A stretch of 64,000 nt of DNA, taken from assembly GCA_947630765.1 (NCBI GenBank), contig CANRIX010000012.1, positions 12,129-76,128 on the forward strand, read 5' to 3'. Source of the DNA: an uncultured Clostridia bacterium (GTDB taxonomy: Bacteria > Bacillota > Clostridia > Oscillospirales > CAG-382). Shown here piece by piece: positions 55,831 through 64,000 of this stretch. The position numbers and the translations under genes are program-made. Numbering within the stretch: the stretch's first letter is position 1; every line of letters starts with the position of its first letter. The notes beneath the pieces are model-generated. The model was not told the DNA's origin and searched no databases. It saw nothing but the letters and a program-made list of their open reading frames with translations.

Positions 55831-58800
55831 CTATTCCAGGCGGAACGTGACCGTATGGTCGCCGTCGAGCAGGGTCACAGGGAACTGTGCCGGCTCGCCG
55901 TCGAGGGTGGTGTCCAGCTCGGACGAAACGGAGATCCGCGTCGTCCCGTGCAGGCGCAGGGTCAGCTCGAACGGGATCCGGGGGCGCAGGTCGAGGATCC
56001 GCCCCCCGGCGGACAGGCGCACGCCGAGCACATCCTCGACGAACACCTTGTAGTACCAGGCCGCAGACCCGGTGTACCAGCTCCAGCCGCCCCGACCGAG
56101 GTGCTGCCCGGTGTAGATGTCCGCGCACAGGGCGTACGGCTCGGCGCGGTAGCGCTCGGCTTCGACGCGCGTGACGGCGCGGTTGAGCGGGTTGATGCCG
56201 GTCAGCAGGTCGAGCGCGGTCTCGACCTTGCCCACGCGCAGGAACGCCAGGGCACCCCAGATGGCGGCGTGGGTGTACTGCCCGCCGTTTTCGCGGACGC
56301 CGGGCGGATAGCCCCGGATATATCCCGCCGGCACGTCGCCACCGTCGAACGGCGGGTCGAACAGCATCAGGATGCGTTCGTGCGGGTCGAACAGCCGCTT
56401 CTCCGCCGTGTCCAGCGCCTTGCGGCAGCGCGTTTCGTCCGCGCCGGCGAACAGGGCGAACGCCTGCGAGAGGATATCGACGGCGCACTCCGCGTTCCCT
56501 TCCTTTCCGAGCACCTCGCCGTTGTCGCAGAACGCCCGCAGGTAGCGGTCGCCGTCGAAGGCGCAGCGTTCCGCGTTGGCGAGCAGTTCGTCCGCCGTGC
56601 GTCGCAGGTCCTCCGCCGCGTTTTCGTCGCGTTCCGCGAGCAGCGGCAGGAAGGCTTTCGCCGAAACGACGTACAGGAATGTCGAAAAGACGCTTTCCCC
56701 CCGCCCTTTCGCGCCGACAGCGGAAAAGGCGTCGTTCCAGTCGCAGCTCCCCATCAGCAACAGCCCGTGGGACCCCCGCCGGTCCGCCCGCGAAAACGCC
56801 CGCAGGCAGTGCAGCAGCACGCTTTCGCTCAGGAAGCTGCGTGCCGGCAGCTCGTAGCGTTCATTTTCCCCGGTCAGCGGCGGGGAGGACAGGTATTCCG
56901 CCTGCTCGGTCAGCAGTCCGCTGTCGCCGGTTTTCCGAACGTAGTCCGCGACGACGTAGGGAAGCCAGAGCAGGTCGTCCGAGCAGGTGGTGCGGATCCC
57001 CTTGCCGTCCGGGTGCCACCAGTGCTGCACGTCGCCCTCCTCGTATTGGTGCGCACAGCAGCGCAGGATATGCGTGCGGACCTCTTTCGGGTCCGCGTAG
57101 ACCAGCGCGAGGCAGTCCTGCAGCTGGTCGCGGAACCCGTAAGCACCGCCGGACTGCCGGAAGGACGCGCGGGCGTGGAACCGGCTCGCCCCGATCTGGT
57201 AGGGCAGGAAGCGCCCGAGCAGCAGGTTCTGCGCTCGGCTGTGGGTGTGGAAGTCGATCGGCGGACGCATGGCGCGGGCGAACGCCTCCGCGCCGGACTG
57301 CTCTTCGTCCGGCGAGAGGTCCGGCAGTTCCCGCAGCAGGGGTTCGAGGTCTTTTTGGTCGCACCCGCCGAGCGCAAAGACCGCCGACGCGGCGTTTATC
57401 CGCAATCCGACGAGGTCGGAAAAGTCCGGCGCGGGTCCTCCGCCGAAAACCTCCGTCTGGGAGTAGAGCGCGGACGCGCCCTTCGCGTAGAGCAGACCGA
57501 CCCCGTCGCCGAACGCGACGTCATGCCCCGAACGGAACAGCAGAACGCCGTTCTGCTCCTTTTTCCACAGCACGTGCGCCGGGGACGCGCCGCTGCCCAT
57601 GGTCGGGCGGACGCAGTACAGCAATTCCCCGCAGGGGGATGCGAAGTGCACGCGGAGCAGTTTGAGCGGTTTGTCCGCGCAGCAGAAGGCGTGCACGGTG
57701 TAGCCGGTCCCCGCCGCCGTGCCTTCCCAGACCGCTACGCCGTTCCCCCACGTGACCTTTCCCGCACAGGCGATCAGGTCGTAGAGCTGCCCGCCGGAAC
57801 GCAGGTAGAGCCGTTCGCCGTCCGGCAGGGACCCGGGGTCGCCCGCGAACGGGGTGAGCCGGCGCTCGTGCGCGTTGCCGCAGAAGGTGTAGCCGAGCGA
57901 ATAAGACGTCACGATGCTGCCGCAGTTCCGACCGGACAGCACGAAGGAGCGCGGACCGGGCTGCGGGAAGTCCTTGTAGAGCACGAATCCGTCCTCCGAC
58001 GCGTATCCGTCGGCGAGGGAGAGGGCGCCCTCCGGGACCTGCCGCGAAACTGGAGACGGCGTGACGCAGACCGGGCGGACGCGCGGGAGCGGCGGGGTTT
58101 TTCCGCTCTGCACCTTCGCGGGGTCGCGCCAGTACACGCAAAGTCGGGGCAGCAGGGCGAGCAGTTCGCCTTCGACCTGTTCCCGCCGCAGCAGGAAGAT
58201 GCCGCCCCGCACGCCGAGAAAGCCCTGCAGGTCGAGTTGTTCGCACAGGGAAAGCAGTTTCTTTTCCGCCGGGCGGAAATACTGCCCGTCCCCCTCCGGG
58301 AGCAGCAGGAGTTCCGTGCGCAGCCCGGCGTGCGTCAGTTCCGCGAAGGAGTGGAGCAGGGATTCGGCGGACGTCATGTCGGATTCGCCGCACTGCATGC
58401 CGAGCAGCGGGTAATCCCCGGAAATGCCGTATTTCCAGAGCATTTCCCGCCGGTAGTCCGGCCAGACGCCGGGGGGCGGGGACTTCGGAAACAGCAGGGA
58501 CGCGAGCAGGGCGCAGGTCTCCGGGCGGGAGGAGCCGGCGAAGCGCTGCTGTTCGTGTCGGGCGGCGAGAATCGCCTTGCGGACCTCCGCACGGCTCCCG
58601 GCAGCGGCAAGCAGCAGGGACGCGCGTCCGCCCGGACAGGGGGACGTGCGAATGACGCACAGCGGGTCGATGCAGGCGCCGGTCTGCCCGTCGAGCGGGC
58701 GGTCGAAGTCGGCGGGGGTGTTGAGGCTCTCCGCCGGAAAGCCGTCCTTGGAGGTGCAGAAGGTGAACGGCAGCGTCGGGTCCGCGAGCGCGGCGGCGAG

Positions 58801-61800
58801 CCATTCGCGGGGTTTGCCCGTTTCGCGGTCCCGCCGGGCGAAATAGAGGATACGCGTTTCCGGTTCGTAGGCGCTTTCGATGAACAGTTTGGAGAACGCC
58901 TGGTGCGCGTCGTAGGCTGCCTCTTCCGAAAGCACCGGTTCGAACGCGAACAGCACTTCCCGCGAACGGCGGCTTTCCGCCTGCGTTTCCACGCGGAAAC
59001 AGTCCGCGCGGCGGCAGAACGAGAACCGCACGCGCCCGGAGAACCGTTTGCTCCCCGCGATGAGGCTTGCGGAATCCGCGTTGGTCTCGAACGCGTACGC
59101 GCCTTCGCCGAAGAACGGCGTGCAGCCGTCCGCGCGGTCCTCCGTCGGGAAGGAGACAAGCAGGGTGTGGGCACAGGAAAAGCGTTCCGTGCGGCAGTCG
59201 TTGAGCAGCAGCCCGCCCTTTCGCAGGCGGACGTGTCCGAGCGACGTGACGATGGCGGAAAAGCCGTCCTTGTTCAGCAGCGCCGCTTTCGGGGCGCAGA
59301 GGTTCGTTTCGCTGCTCTCGGTCGGTCGTTCGGCGCGCAGCAGGCGCAACGTTTTCGGCGGGACGCGCAGTCCTTCGGTCAGCAACGCGGGATTGGGCGG
59401 GAGTTTTTCCTGCAAAAGCCCCGCGGCGGCACGCATGCGCGCGTCGCGCATGAACCGGCGCACGAATACGCGGTCCTCCAGCGCGTTCGCGACGGAAAGC
59501 AGGCTCATGCCCATGTGGTGCGCCATATAGCTCCGCACGGCGACCCCGTCGCGGCTGCGTCCGGGCGTGCGGTCGAACGCTTCGTACAGCCCGTATTTCC
59601 CGTACATGCCGCACGCTTCGAGCGCGCGCAGGTTCCGCACGGCGGCGGACGGGCAGATCGCGAGCGTCAGATAGGTCGAATAGGGGGACACGACTGTTTC
59701 CCCGCTGACGTCCCGCCGCAGGGCGAGCGTGCGGACGCCGTTGGCGCGGTAGCGGTAGTGCAGTTCTCCGTCGAAGGCGTAGTAGGCGGATTCGGACACG
59801 CCCCACGGCTTGCCGTGCGCCGCTTTCCGCTGTGCCCAGACCGAGAACAGCAGGGTCTCCTGCAGGAAGGAATTGCGGTAGATCGGCAGGAAGATCTGGG
59901 GCATGAAGTATTCAAACATGGTCCCGGACCAGCTGACCATGCCGATATACCCTTTCTCCGCCGAGACCGTCCGGCACAGGGCGTACCAGTGCTTCTTCGG
60001 CACCAGTCCGGCGGCGACCGCGTAGTAGCTGGTCGTGCGGGCTTCGCTCATAAGCATATCGTAGCACCCCGGCTCGCGGCGGTTTCGCACGCTGTCCCAG
60101 CCGAGGGAAAAGAGCGCCTTGCGCTCGTCGTAAAAGACGGTCAGGTTGGTCTCGTCCGCCAGCCGTCGGCACTGCTTGGCGAGGGCAGGGAACCGCTCCT
60201 CCGCGTCGGCGTACTCCGCAAGACCGTTCTCCAGCGTCAGCAGGGAAACCACAAAGTTCCCGCTGTCGACGAAGGAAACGAAGGAATCCCCGAGCACGGA
60301 GAGGGTCTTGAGGTCGTACCAGTTGTACAGGTTGCCCCGGAATTTCGGCAGACCCTCCACGGTCGCGAGCGTCCGCTCCAGTCGGTCGGCGGCTTCCTTC
60401 GCGTCCGCGAGCCCGAGGTCGAGGGCGGCGAGGACGGAGAGCAGGAACAGCCCGATGTTGGTCGGGGAGGTCCGCATGGCGACTTCCTCGCTCGGGGCGA
60501 GCTGCAGGTTGTCGGGCGGGAGGAAGTGCGTTTCCCGCGTGACCGTATCCGCGAAGAAGCTCCATTGGTCGGCGGCGTGCTTACGGAGCAGGGATGCGTC
60601 CTTTTCGGTCGGAACGGCGGTGCATTCGCCGGTTTGCGGATTGCCGTCCCGCGTCAGCGGCAGGGAAAGCAGGTAGGACAGGATGGGGTCGACGAAGAAC
60701 AGGATCCCGAGCAATCGGTAGACCGACGCCCCGCCGAACAGGAACAGCAGACACCCCGCGACCGCGCCGGGAAGTCCCTTCCGCAGGTACAGCGAGAGCT
60801 TCCCGGAACCGCTTTCCCCCGCGGCGGCGGTCGTCCATTCGAGCAGGCGGCGGTGCGAGACCGCCATGCGCCAAAGAGAGCGGCAGACCGCGTCGAGCGA
60901 AAGGAACGCGGAACGGCAGGCGGAACACAGGTCGTTCCCCAGCCGTGCCACCGCTTCCGCGAAGGCGGAAAGCCCCGCCGTGAAGGCGTGCCGCAGCAGG
61001 AACGGACCCCCGGACAGCAGGTCGCAGACCGATCCGACGGCGAACGGGAGCAGCAGGTAGCTGTACGCGGCGAGAAAGACCCCCAGCGCCTCCCATTCCC
61101 CCCGCGCAAAGACCGCGCCGAGCGCGACGGCGAGCAGGGCGGACAGCGGGGTCAGGTGCCGGAACAGGTTGCAGACGATCTGCCGCCGGCTGACGAAGGA
61201 GAGCGGGTATTTCCGCCGGAACAGCAGCGGCAGGTTCTGCACGTCCCCGCGGATCCAGCGGTGCGCTCGCCGGTACCACGCGATGGGGTTGCTCGGGACC
61301 GAATCCGGCAGTGCGAGGTCGGACACCAGCAGGGTTTTCAGCAGACCGCCCTCCGGCAGGTCGTGGCTTAGGATCTTGCCTTCCGGCAGATCGAGCGCCT
61401 TTTCGCGGAAGCGCCGGACGTCGAGAAGACCCTTCCCGCAGAAGATGCCCTCGCCGTACAGGCTCATGTTGCGGTCGAACGAGGCGCGTTCATAGAAAGA
61501 GACGCCCGCCGACCCGGAAATCAGGCGGGTAAAATAGGTGCGGTAGGAGGAGAGCAGTTCGGTCTGCACGGCGGGCTGGAACACGCCGAACCGACGGTTG
61601 ACCGGGTGCAGGGCGACGCCGAGCAGCTCCCGCACCACGCCGGGGGTCAGTTCCGTGTCCGCGTCCAGCGTCAGCAGGTAACGCACGTCGGTCGGGCAGG
61701 GTCCGTACAGCAGTCCGGCGTCCTCCCCGGTCAATCGGCGGATCAGCGCGCCGACCGCGCCCCGCTTGCGTTCCTTCCCGCCGAACCGTCCGCTTTCCAG

Positions 61801-62892
61801 CGGTTCGCGTTCGCGGTAAAAGAGGAAGAAACGCTCGCCGTGCTCGCGGTTGAGCCGGTCGACGGCGGACTTCGCCTGTGCGAGCAGTTCGTCGTCCCCG
61901 TCGGCATGGGCGGAAACGGCTTCCGGCAGGTCCGCCAAAAGGCAGAAGGAGAGATTTTCGTCCCGATTCAGATAATAGAACCGTTCCAGCCGGTCGAACG
62001 CGTCGGAATCCGCCTGCAAAAGCGTCGTCACGGCGACCACCGTCCGCGCCCGATCGGGAACCGACGGCAGGTCCAGCCGCAGGGCGGCGTGCTCCCGTCG
62101 GAACGGCGACGCGAGCCGGTCGCACACCGGGGCGACCCCTTCCGCGAGCGGCAGGAGCAGCGGGACGGTCAGCCAGCCGAACGCGCGCGCACACAGCGCA
62201 CACCCGCCGCCGAACAGCACCAGAAAGCACCCCCACCAGACGAGGACGCCCCGAACCGACGCCCCGTGCGGGAACAGCAGTTCCCCGAGCGGGCGGTTTT
62301 TCGCTTTCGCTTCCGCCGCCAGTTCGACGGCTTCCTTCGCTTCGCTGCGCTTGTTTTTCTTCGCCCGTTTTGCGAGGGCGAGGCGGTAGACCGCCTTGGT
62401 TTCCGGGGAAAAGAGCGGGTAGTCGTTCTCAAATGCCGCAAGTACCCCTTCCGGCTCCCACGCCGCTTCAAACAGTGCGGACACCGAAAGCTCCGGCACG
62501 GTCCGCAGGACCCCGACCGCTTCCGGCAGGAGGGAGGCGTTCTTTTTGCCCTCGCAGATGCCCCCGATCCGCAGCAGCGCGTTCGCGGCGAGCATGGCGG
62601 GGACGGCGCTCAGGGCGGCGAATTCCAGCGGGGTCTGCGCGGACTGCTCCCGCAGGAAGTCGAGCAGGCTTTCCTCCGTCAGCTTCCAGCCGACCGACGC
62701 GAGGTAGTCGGCGGCGACGGATTCGGTCTGCGGGGAGGAACGCAGTCCGTCGCTTTTCCGCACGGCGTTGTACTGCCGGTCGATCAGGTAGTAGTTGTCC
62801 GCGACCCATTCCGGCGCACCCTCGCGGATACTGGCGCGGATCGCGCGAATGGCGGCGGAAAGCCTTGCGCGGAGCGAGGAACCGTTTTTCAT
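55831..62892 (-). CDS. Cyclic beta-1,2-glucan synthase-like giant membrane protein (GT domain + alpha-barrel 'cyclisation/glucoamylase-like' domain + GH94 phosphorylase-like domain)
   Basis: About 2353 aa from the ATG at 62892, 10 nt after GAAAGGA (an ATG at 62901 is also possible). GT region at about 61240-62050 (LTLDADTEL; RRAHRWIRGDVQ as the QxxRW-type motif), flanked by TM helices. Middle domain near 60500 (PPDNLQLAP..RTSPTNIGL). GH94-like C-terminus (YGFRDQLQDCLAL, EGDVQHWWHP). Confidence 0.85.
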   Translation of the reverse strand: MKNGSSLRARLSAAIRAIRASIREGAPEWVADNYYLIDRQYNAVRKSDGLRSSPQTESVAADYLASVGWKLTEESLLDFLREQSAQTPLEFAALSAVPAMLAANALLRIGGICEGKKNASLLPEAVGVLRTVPELSVSALFEAAWEPEGVLAAFENDYPLFSPETKAVYRLALAKRAKKNKRSEAKEAVELAAEAKAKNRPLGELLFPHGASVRGVLVWWGCFLVLFGGGCALCARAFGWLTVPLLLPLAEGVAPVCDRLASPFRREHAALRLDLPSVPDRARTVVAVTTLLQADSDAFDRLERFYYLNRDENLSFCLLADLPEAVSAHADGDDELLAQAKSAVDRLNREHGERFFLFYREREPLESGRFGGKERKRGAVGALIRRLTGEDAGLLYGPCPTDVRYLLTLDADTELTPGVVRELLGVALHPVNRRFGVFQPAVQTELLSSYRTYFTRLISGSAGVSFYERASFDRNMSLYGEGIFCGKGLLDVRRFREKALDLPEGKILSHDLPEGGLLKTLLVSDLALPDSVPSNPIAWYRRAHRWIRGDVQNLPLLFRRKYPLSFVSRRQIVCNLFRHLTPLSALLAVALGAVFARGEWEALGVFLAAYSYLLLPFAVGSVCDLLSGGPFLLRHAFTAGLSAFAEAVARLGNDLCSACRSAFLSLDAVCRSLWRMAVSHRRLLEWTTAAAGESGSGKLSLYLRKGLPGAVAGCLLFLFGGASVYRLLGILFFVDPILSYLLSLPLTRDGNPQTGECTAVPTEKDASLLRKHAADQWSFFADTVTRETHFLPPDNLQLAPSEEVAMRTSPTNIGLFLLSVLAALDLGLADAKEAADRLERTLATVEGLPKFRGNLYNWYDLKTLSVLGDSFVSFVDSGNFVVSLLTLENGLAEYADAEERFPALAKQCRRLADETNLTVFYDERKALFSLGWDSVRNRREPGCYDMLMSEARTTSYYAVAAGLVPKKHWYALCRTVSAEKGYIGMVSWSGTMFEYFMPQIFLPIYRNSFLQETLLFSVWAQRKAAHGKPWGVSESAYYAFDGELHYRYRANGVRTLALRRDVSGETVVSPYSTYLTLAICPSAAVRNLRALEACGMYGKYGLYEAFDRTPGRSRDGVAVRSYMAHHMGMSLLSVANALEDRVFVRRFMRDARMRAAAGLLQEKLPPNPALLTEGLRVPPKTLRLLRAERPTESSETNLCAPKAALLNKDGFSAIVTSLGHVRLRKGGLLLNDCRTERFSCAHTLLVSFPTEDRADGCTPFFGEGAYAFETNADSASLIAGSKRFSGRVRFSFCRRADCFRVETQAESRRSREVLFAFEPVLSEEAAYDAHQAFSKLFIESAYEPETRILYFARRDRETGKPREWLAAALADPTLPFTFCTSKDGFPAESLNTPADFDRPLDGQTGACIDPLCVIRTSPCPGGRASLLLAAAGSRAEVRKAILAARHEQQRFAGSSRPETCALLASLLFPKSPPPGVWPDYRREMLWKYGISGDYPLLGMQCGESDMTSAESLLHSFAELTHAGLRTELLLLPEGDGQYFRPAEKKLLSLCEQLDLQGFLGVRGGIFLLRREQVEGELLALLPRLCVYWRDPAKVQSGKTPPLPRVRPVCVTPSPVSRQVPEGALSLADGYASEDGFVLYKDFPQPGPRSFVLSGRNCGSIVTSYSLGYTFCGNAHERRLTPFAGDPGSLPDGERLYLRSGGQLYDLIACAGKVTWGNGVAVWEGTAAGTGYTVHAFCCADKPLKLLRVHFASPCGELLYCVRPTMGSGASPAHVLWKKEQNGVLLFRSGHDVAFGDGVGLLYAKGASALYSQTEVFGGGPAPDFSDLVGLRINAASAVFALGGCDQKDLEPLLRELPDLSPDEEQSGAEAFARAMRPPIDFHTHSRAQNLLLGRFLPYQIGASRFHARASFRQSGGAYGFRDQLQDCLALVYADPKEVRTHILRCCAHQYEEGDVQHWWHPDGKGIRTTCSDDLLWLPYVVADYVRKTGDSGLLTEQAEYLSSPPLTGENERYELPARSFLSESVLLHCLRAFSRADRRGSHGLLLMGSCDWNDAFSAVGAKGRGESVFSTFLYVVSAKAFLPLLAERDENAAEDLRRTADELLANAERCAFDGDRYLRAFCDNGEVLGKEGNAECAVDILSQAFALFAGADETRCRKALDTAEKRLFDPHERILMLFDPPFDGGDVPAGYIRGYPPGVRENGGQYTHAAIWGALAFLRVGKVETALDLLTGINPLNRAVTRVEAERYRAEPYALCADIYTGQHLGRGGWSWYTGSAAWYYKVFVEDVLGVRLSAGGRILDLRPRIPFELTLRLHGTTRISVSSELDTTLDGEPAQFPVTLLDGDHTVTFRLE

Positions 62893-62973
62893 GACTGACA
62901 TATCCTTTCCCGTTGGATTTACTCGCTTTAGTGTTGACCGGAACATTGGGAATTATACCCGAGCGGCGGGAAA

Positions 62974-63018
62974 GAAAAAACGCACGGGGGGCTTTTGCAA
63001 ACGACCCTCTGTGCGTTT
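62974..63018 (-). terminator. Rho-independent terminator (minus strand) separating the AT-rich island gene from the glucan synthase gene
   Basis: On the minus strand, AAACGCACAGAGGG pairs partially with CCCCCCGTGCGTTT (outer 8 bp AAACGCAC/GTGCGTTT perfect), followed by TTTTTC. A TATAAT (minus strand, plus coordinates 62952-62957) lies between it and the synthase start. Confidence 0.6.
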
Positions 63019-63161
63019 GGGATATTGGAAAGATTACTTTTCGATGGCGGCATTTTTTGAACGCGTTCGCCCTGTAAGTCGCGGAAAAACCAAAACGGTT
63101 CACCGATTTTTCGGGAAAATTTGCTTAACCTTTGGGGCGTACTTCAAATCAATAAGGCGGT

Positions 63162-63773
63162 TTATTTTTGTGCTTCAATATAGTCAAAGAAATTGTCGGC
63201 ATACATAATTGTGTACTTACAAATTGTATGGCCGGAATTTAGGTATTCTAATCGAGTACCCGTATAGGTTAAGTTTTTGGGGCGTGGAAACATTAGAAGA
63301 ATATACGTATCATATTTCATTTCTTCCGGGGGGAGCAGACATAAGTTACATCTTTGAAATCTGGACTCGCGACGATACTCTTTTGAATGCTCCGGTTCTG
63401 TCCCAGTATTTACATAGTTGTTGAAAAAAATTTTATTATATATGCGTGCCTCTATATAAAAGCGGTCATTTCGGGTCTTCTCGATATTCCAACGACCTCT
63501 TGTAGATAGGAATGAGATTACACTCACCGCGATTCTCTCTTGTTTAGTAGATATTACGAAATCTGTCTCCCCTTTTCGGCCAAATAAAACTTTATAAAAA
63601 GGGCGCTTGAATTCTACAGACACTCCAGCAGAAGTCAACTTTCCTATTTTGATCCGCAAAGTAATTAATTTTGCTGTATACCAAATACAATTAAAAATGG
63701 CATAAAGAAGCATGAGCCCAGCAAAGACCGCGAGCGCAAGTAAAATAACATACACAAGTAAAATAACATACAT
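63162..63773 (-). CDS. Hypothetical membrane-anchored protein encoded in an AT-rich island
   Basis: 203 aa from the ATG at 63773, 9 nt after AAGGAG. N-terminal TM: MYVILLVYVILLALAVFAGLMLLYAIF. Lys/Asn/Tyr/Ile-rich soluble domain. Codon usage differs sharply from all neighbours. No family recognised. Confidence 0.55.
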   Translation of the reverse strand: MYVILLVYVILLALAVFAGLMLLYAIFNCIWYTAKLITLRIKIGKLTSAGVSVEFKRPFYKVLFGRKGETDFVISTKQERIAVSVISFLSTRGRWNIEKTRNDRFYIEARIYNKIFFNNYVNTGTEPEHSKEYRRESRFQRCNLCLLPPEEMKYDTYILLMFPRPKNLTYTGTRLEYLNSGHTICKYTIMYADNFFDYIEAQK

Positions 63774-63892
63774 AATATATGTCTCCTTTTTCCATTGTGT
63801 GGCAAAGGCTTTTGAAAAAAGACTTCGCCCGAAAACCACCGCTTAGGCTGCCGGCGGTCTTGACCACAGATGGGATCTTACTCGTATTTTAC

Positions 63893-64000
63893 TCATGTTT
63901 CATGGCGAACGAGATCGTCGTACTCTGCTTTTGTATGTTTCCAAATGGTTTTGCAGATGAAGAAGATGCCGAGCAGATGAATGAGGATGTAAACTAAATA
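63893..64000 (-). CDS. Possible 3' end of a minus-strand gene entering from the right edge (hydrophobic C-terminus)
   Basis: Open frame from the window edge to the TGA at 63895-63893: ..YLVYILIHLLGIFFICKTIWKHTKAEYDDLVRHET*. It competes with a plus-strand 72-aa ORF (63779-63997). The sequence is too short to decide. Confidence 0.25.
   Translation of the reverse strand, partial: YLVYILIHLLGIFFICKTIWKHTKAEYDDLVRHET

Noticed and set aside
55675-61371. 1898-aa plus-strand ORF
   Set aside because: It is antisense to the glucan-synthase gene. Its composition (Arg/Gly/Ala/Pro/Val-rich, no motifs, no RBS) is typical of a shadow frame in high-GC DNA, whereas the minus-strand product has clear GT and GH94 motifs.
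63779-63997. 72-aa plus-strand ORF in the AT-rich island
   Set aside because: It has no RBS. It begins inside the promoter/RBS region of the minus-strand island gene and competes with an open minus-strand frame entering from the edge. I could not support it as a gene.

Overview
This is a 64-kb chromosomal segment from a high-GC Gram-positive anaerobe (roughly two-thirds G+C by eye). A Clostridia-type origin is inferred only from gene content (ispH-S1 fusion, yqeG, comFC, AbrB, OadB, dockerin modules); there is no rRNA or tRNA to confirm it. I call about 50 protein genes. I found no rRNA, tRNA, CRISPR array, transposase or integrase. Because of the GC content, nearly every real gene carries long antisense 'shadow' ORFs, which I rejected. 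Housekeeping content: pgk-tpiA; an ArsR/HMA/CadA metal-efflux operon; cmk-plsC-ispH/S1; and a long minus-strand run of recD2, comFC, yqeG, an nfo-like gene, sanA, prmA and ligA. Two perfect consensus parS sites at 2754 and 3620 suggest the segment lies near the replication origin. Most interesting accessory content: (1) A promoter-to-end CotH / VTC-domain / DUF4956 operon (11390-16196). It may be a minimal polyphosphate polymerase-translocase coupled to a surface-exposed atypical kinase. (2) A non-cellulosomal cohesin-dockerin set. It comprises a 2086-aa SPxTG-anchored S8 protease with an internal dockerin and a cohesin-like module; a murQ / GDPD-phosphodiesterase-dockerin / cohesin-dockerin operon with its own promoter and operator-like palindrome; and an SGNH esterase-dockerin. 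(3) A 2353-aa cyclic beta-1,2-glucan-synthase-like protein. (4) An abrupt AT-rich island at the right edge. (5) A low-GC XRE/AbrB regulator islet with a thrice-repeated 15-bp motif. All functional calls rest on motif and architecture recognition by eye. No database search was run.
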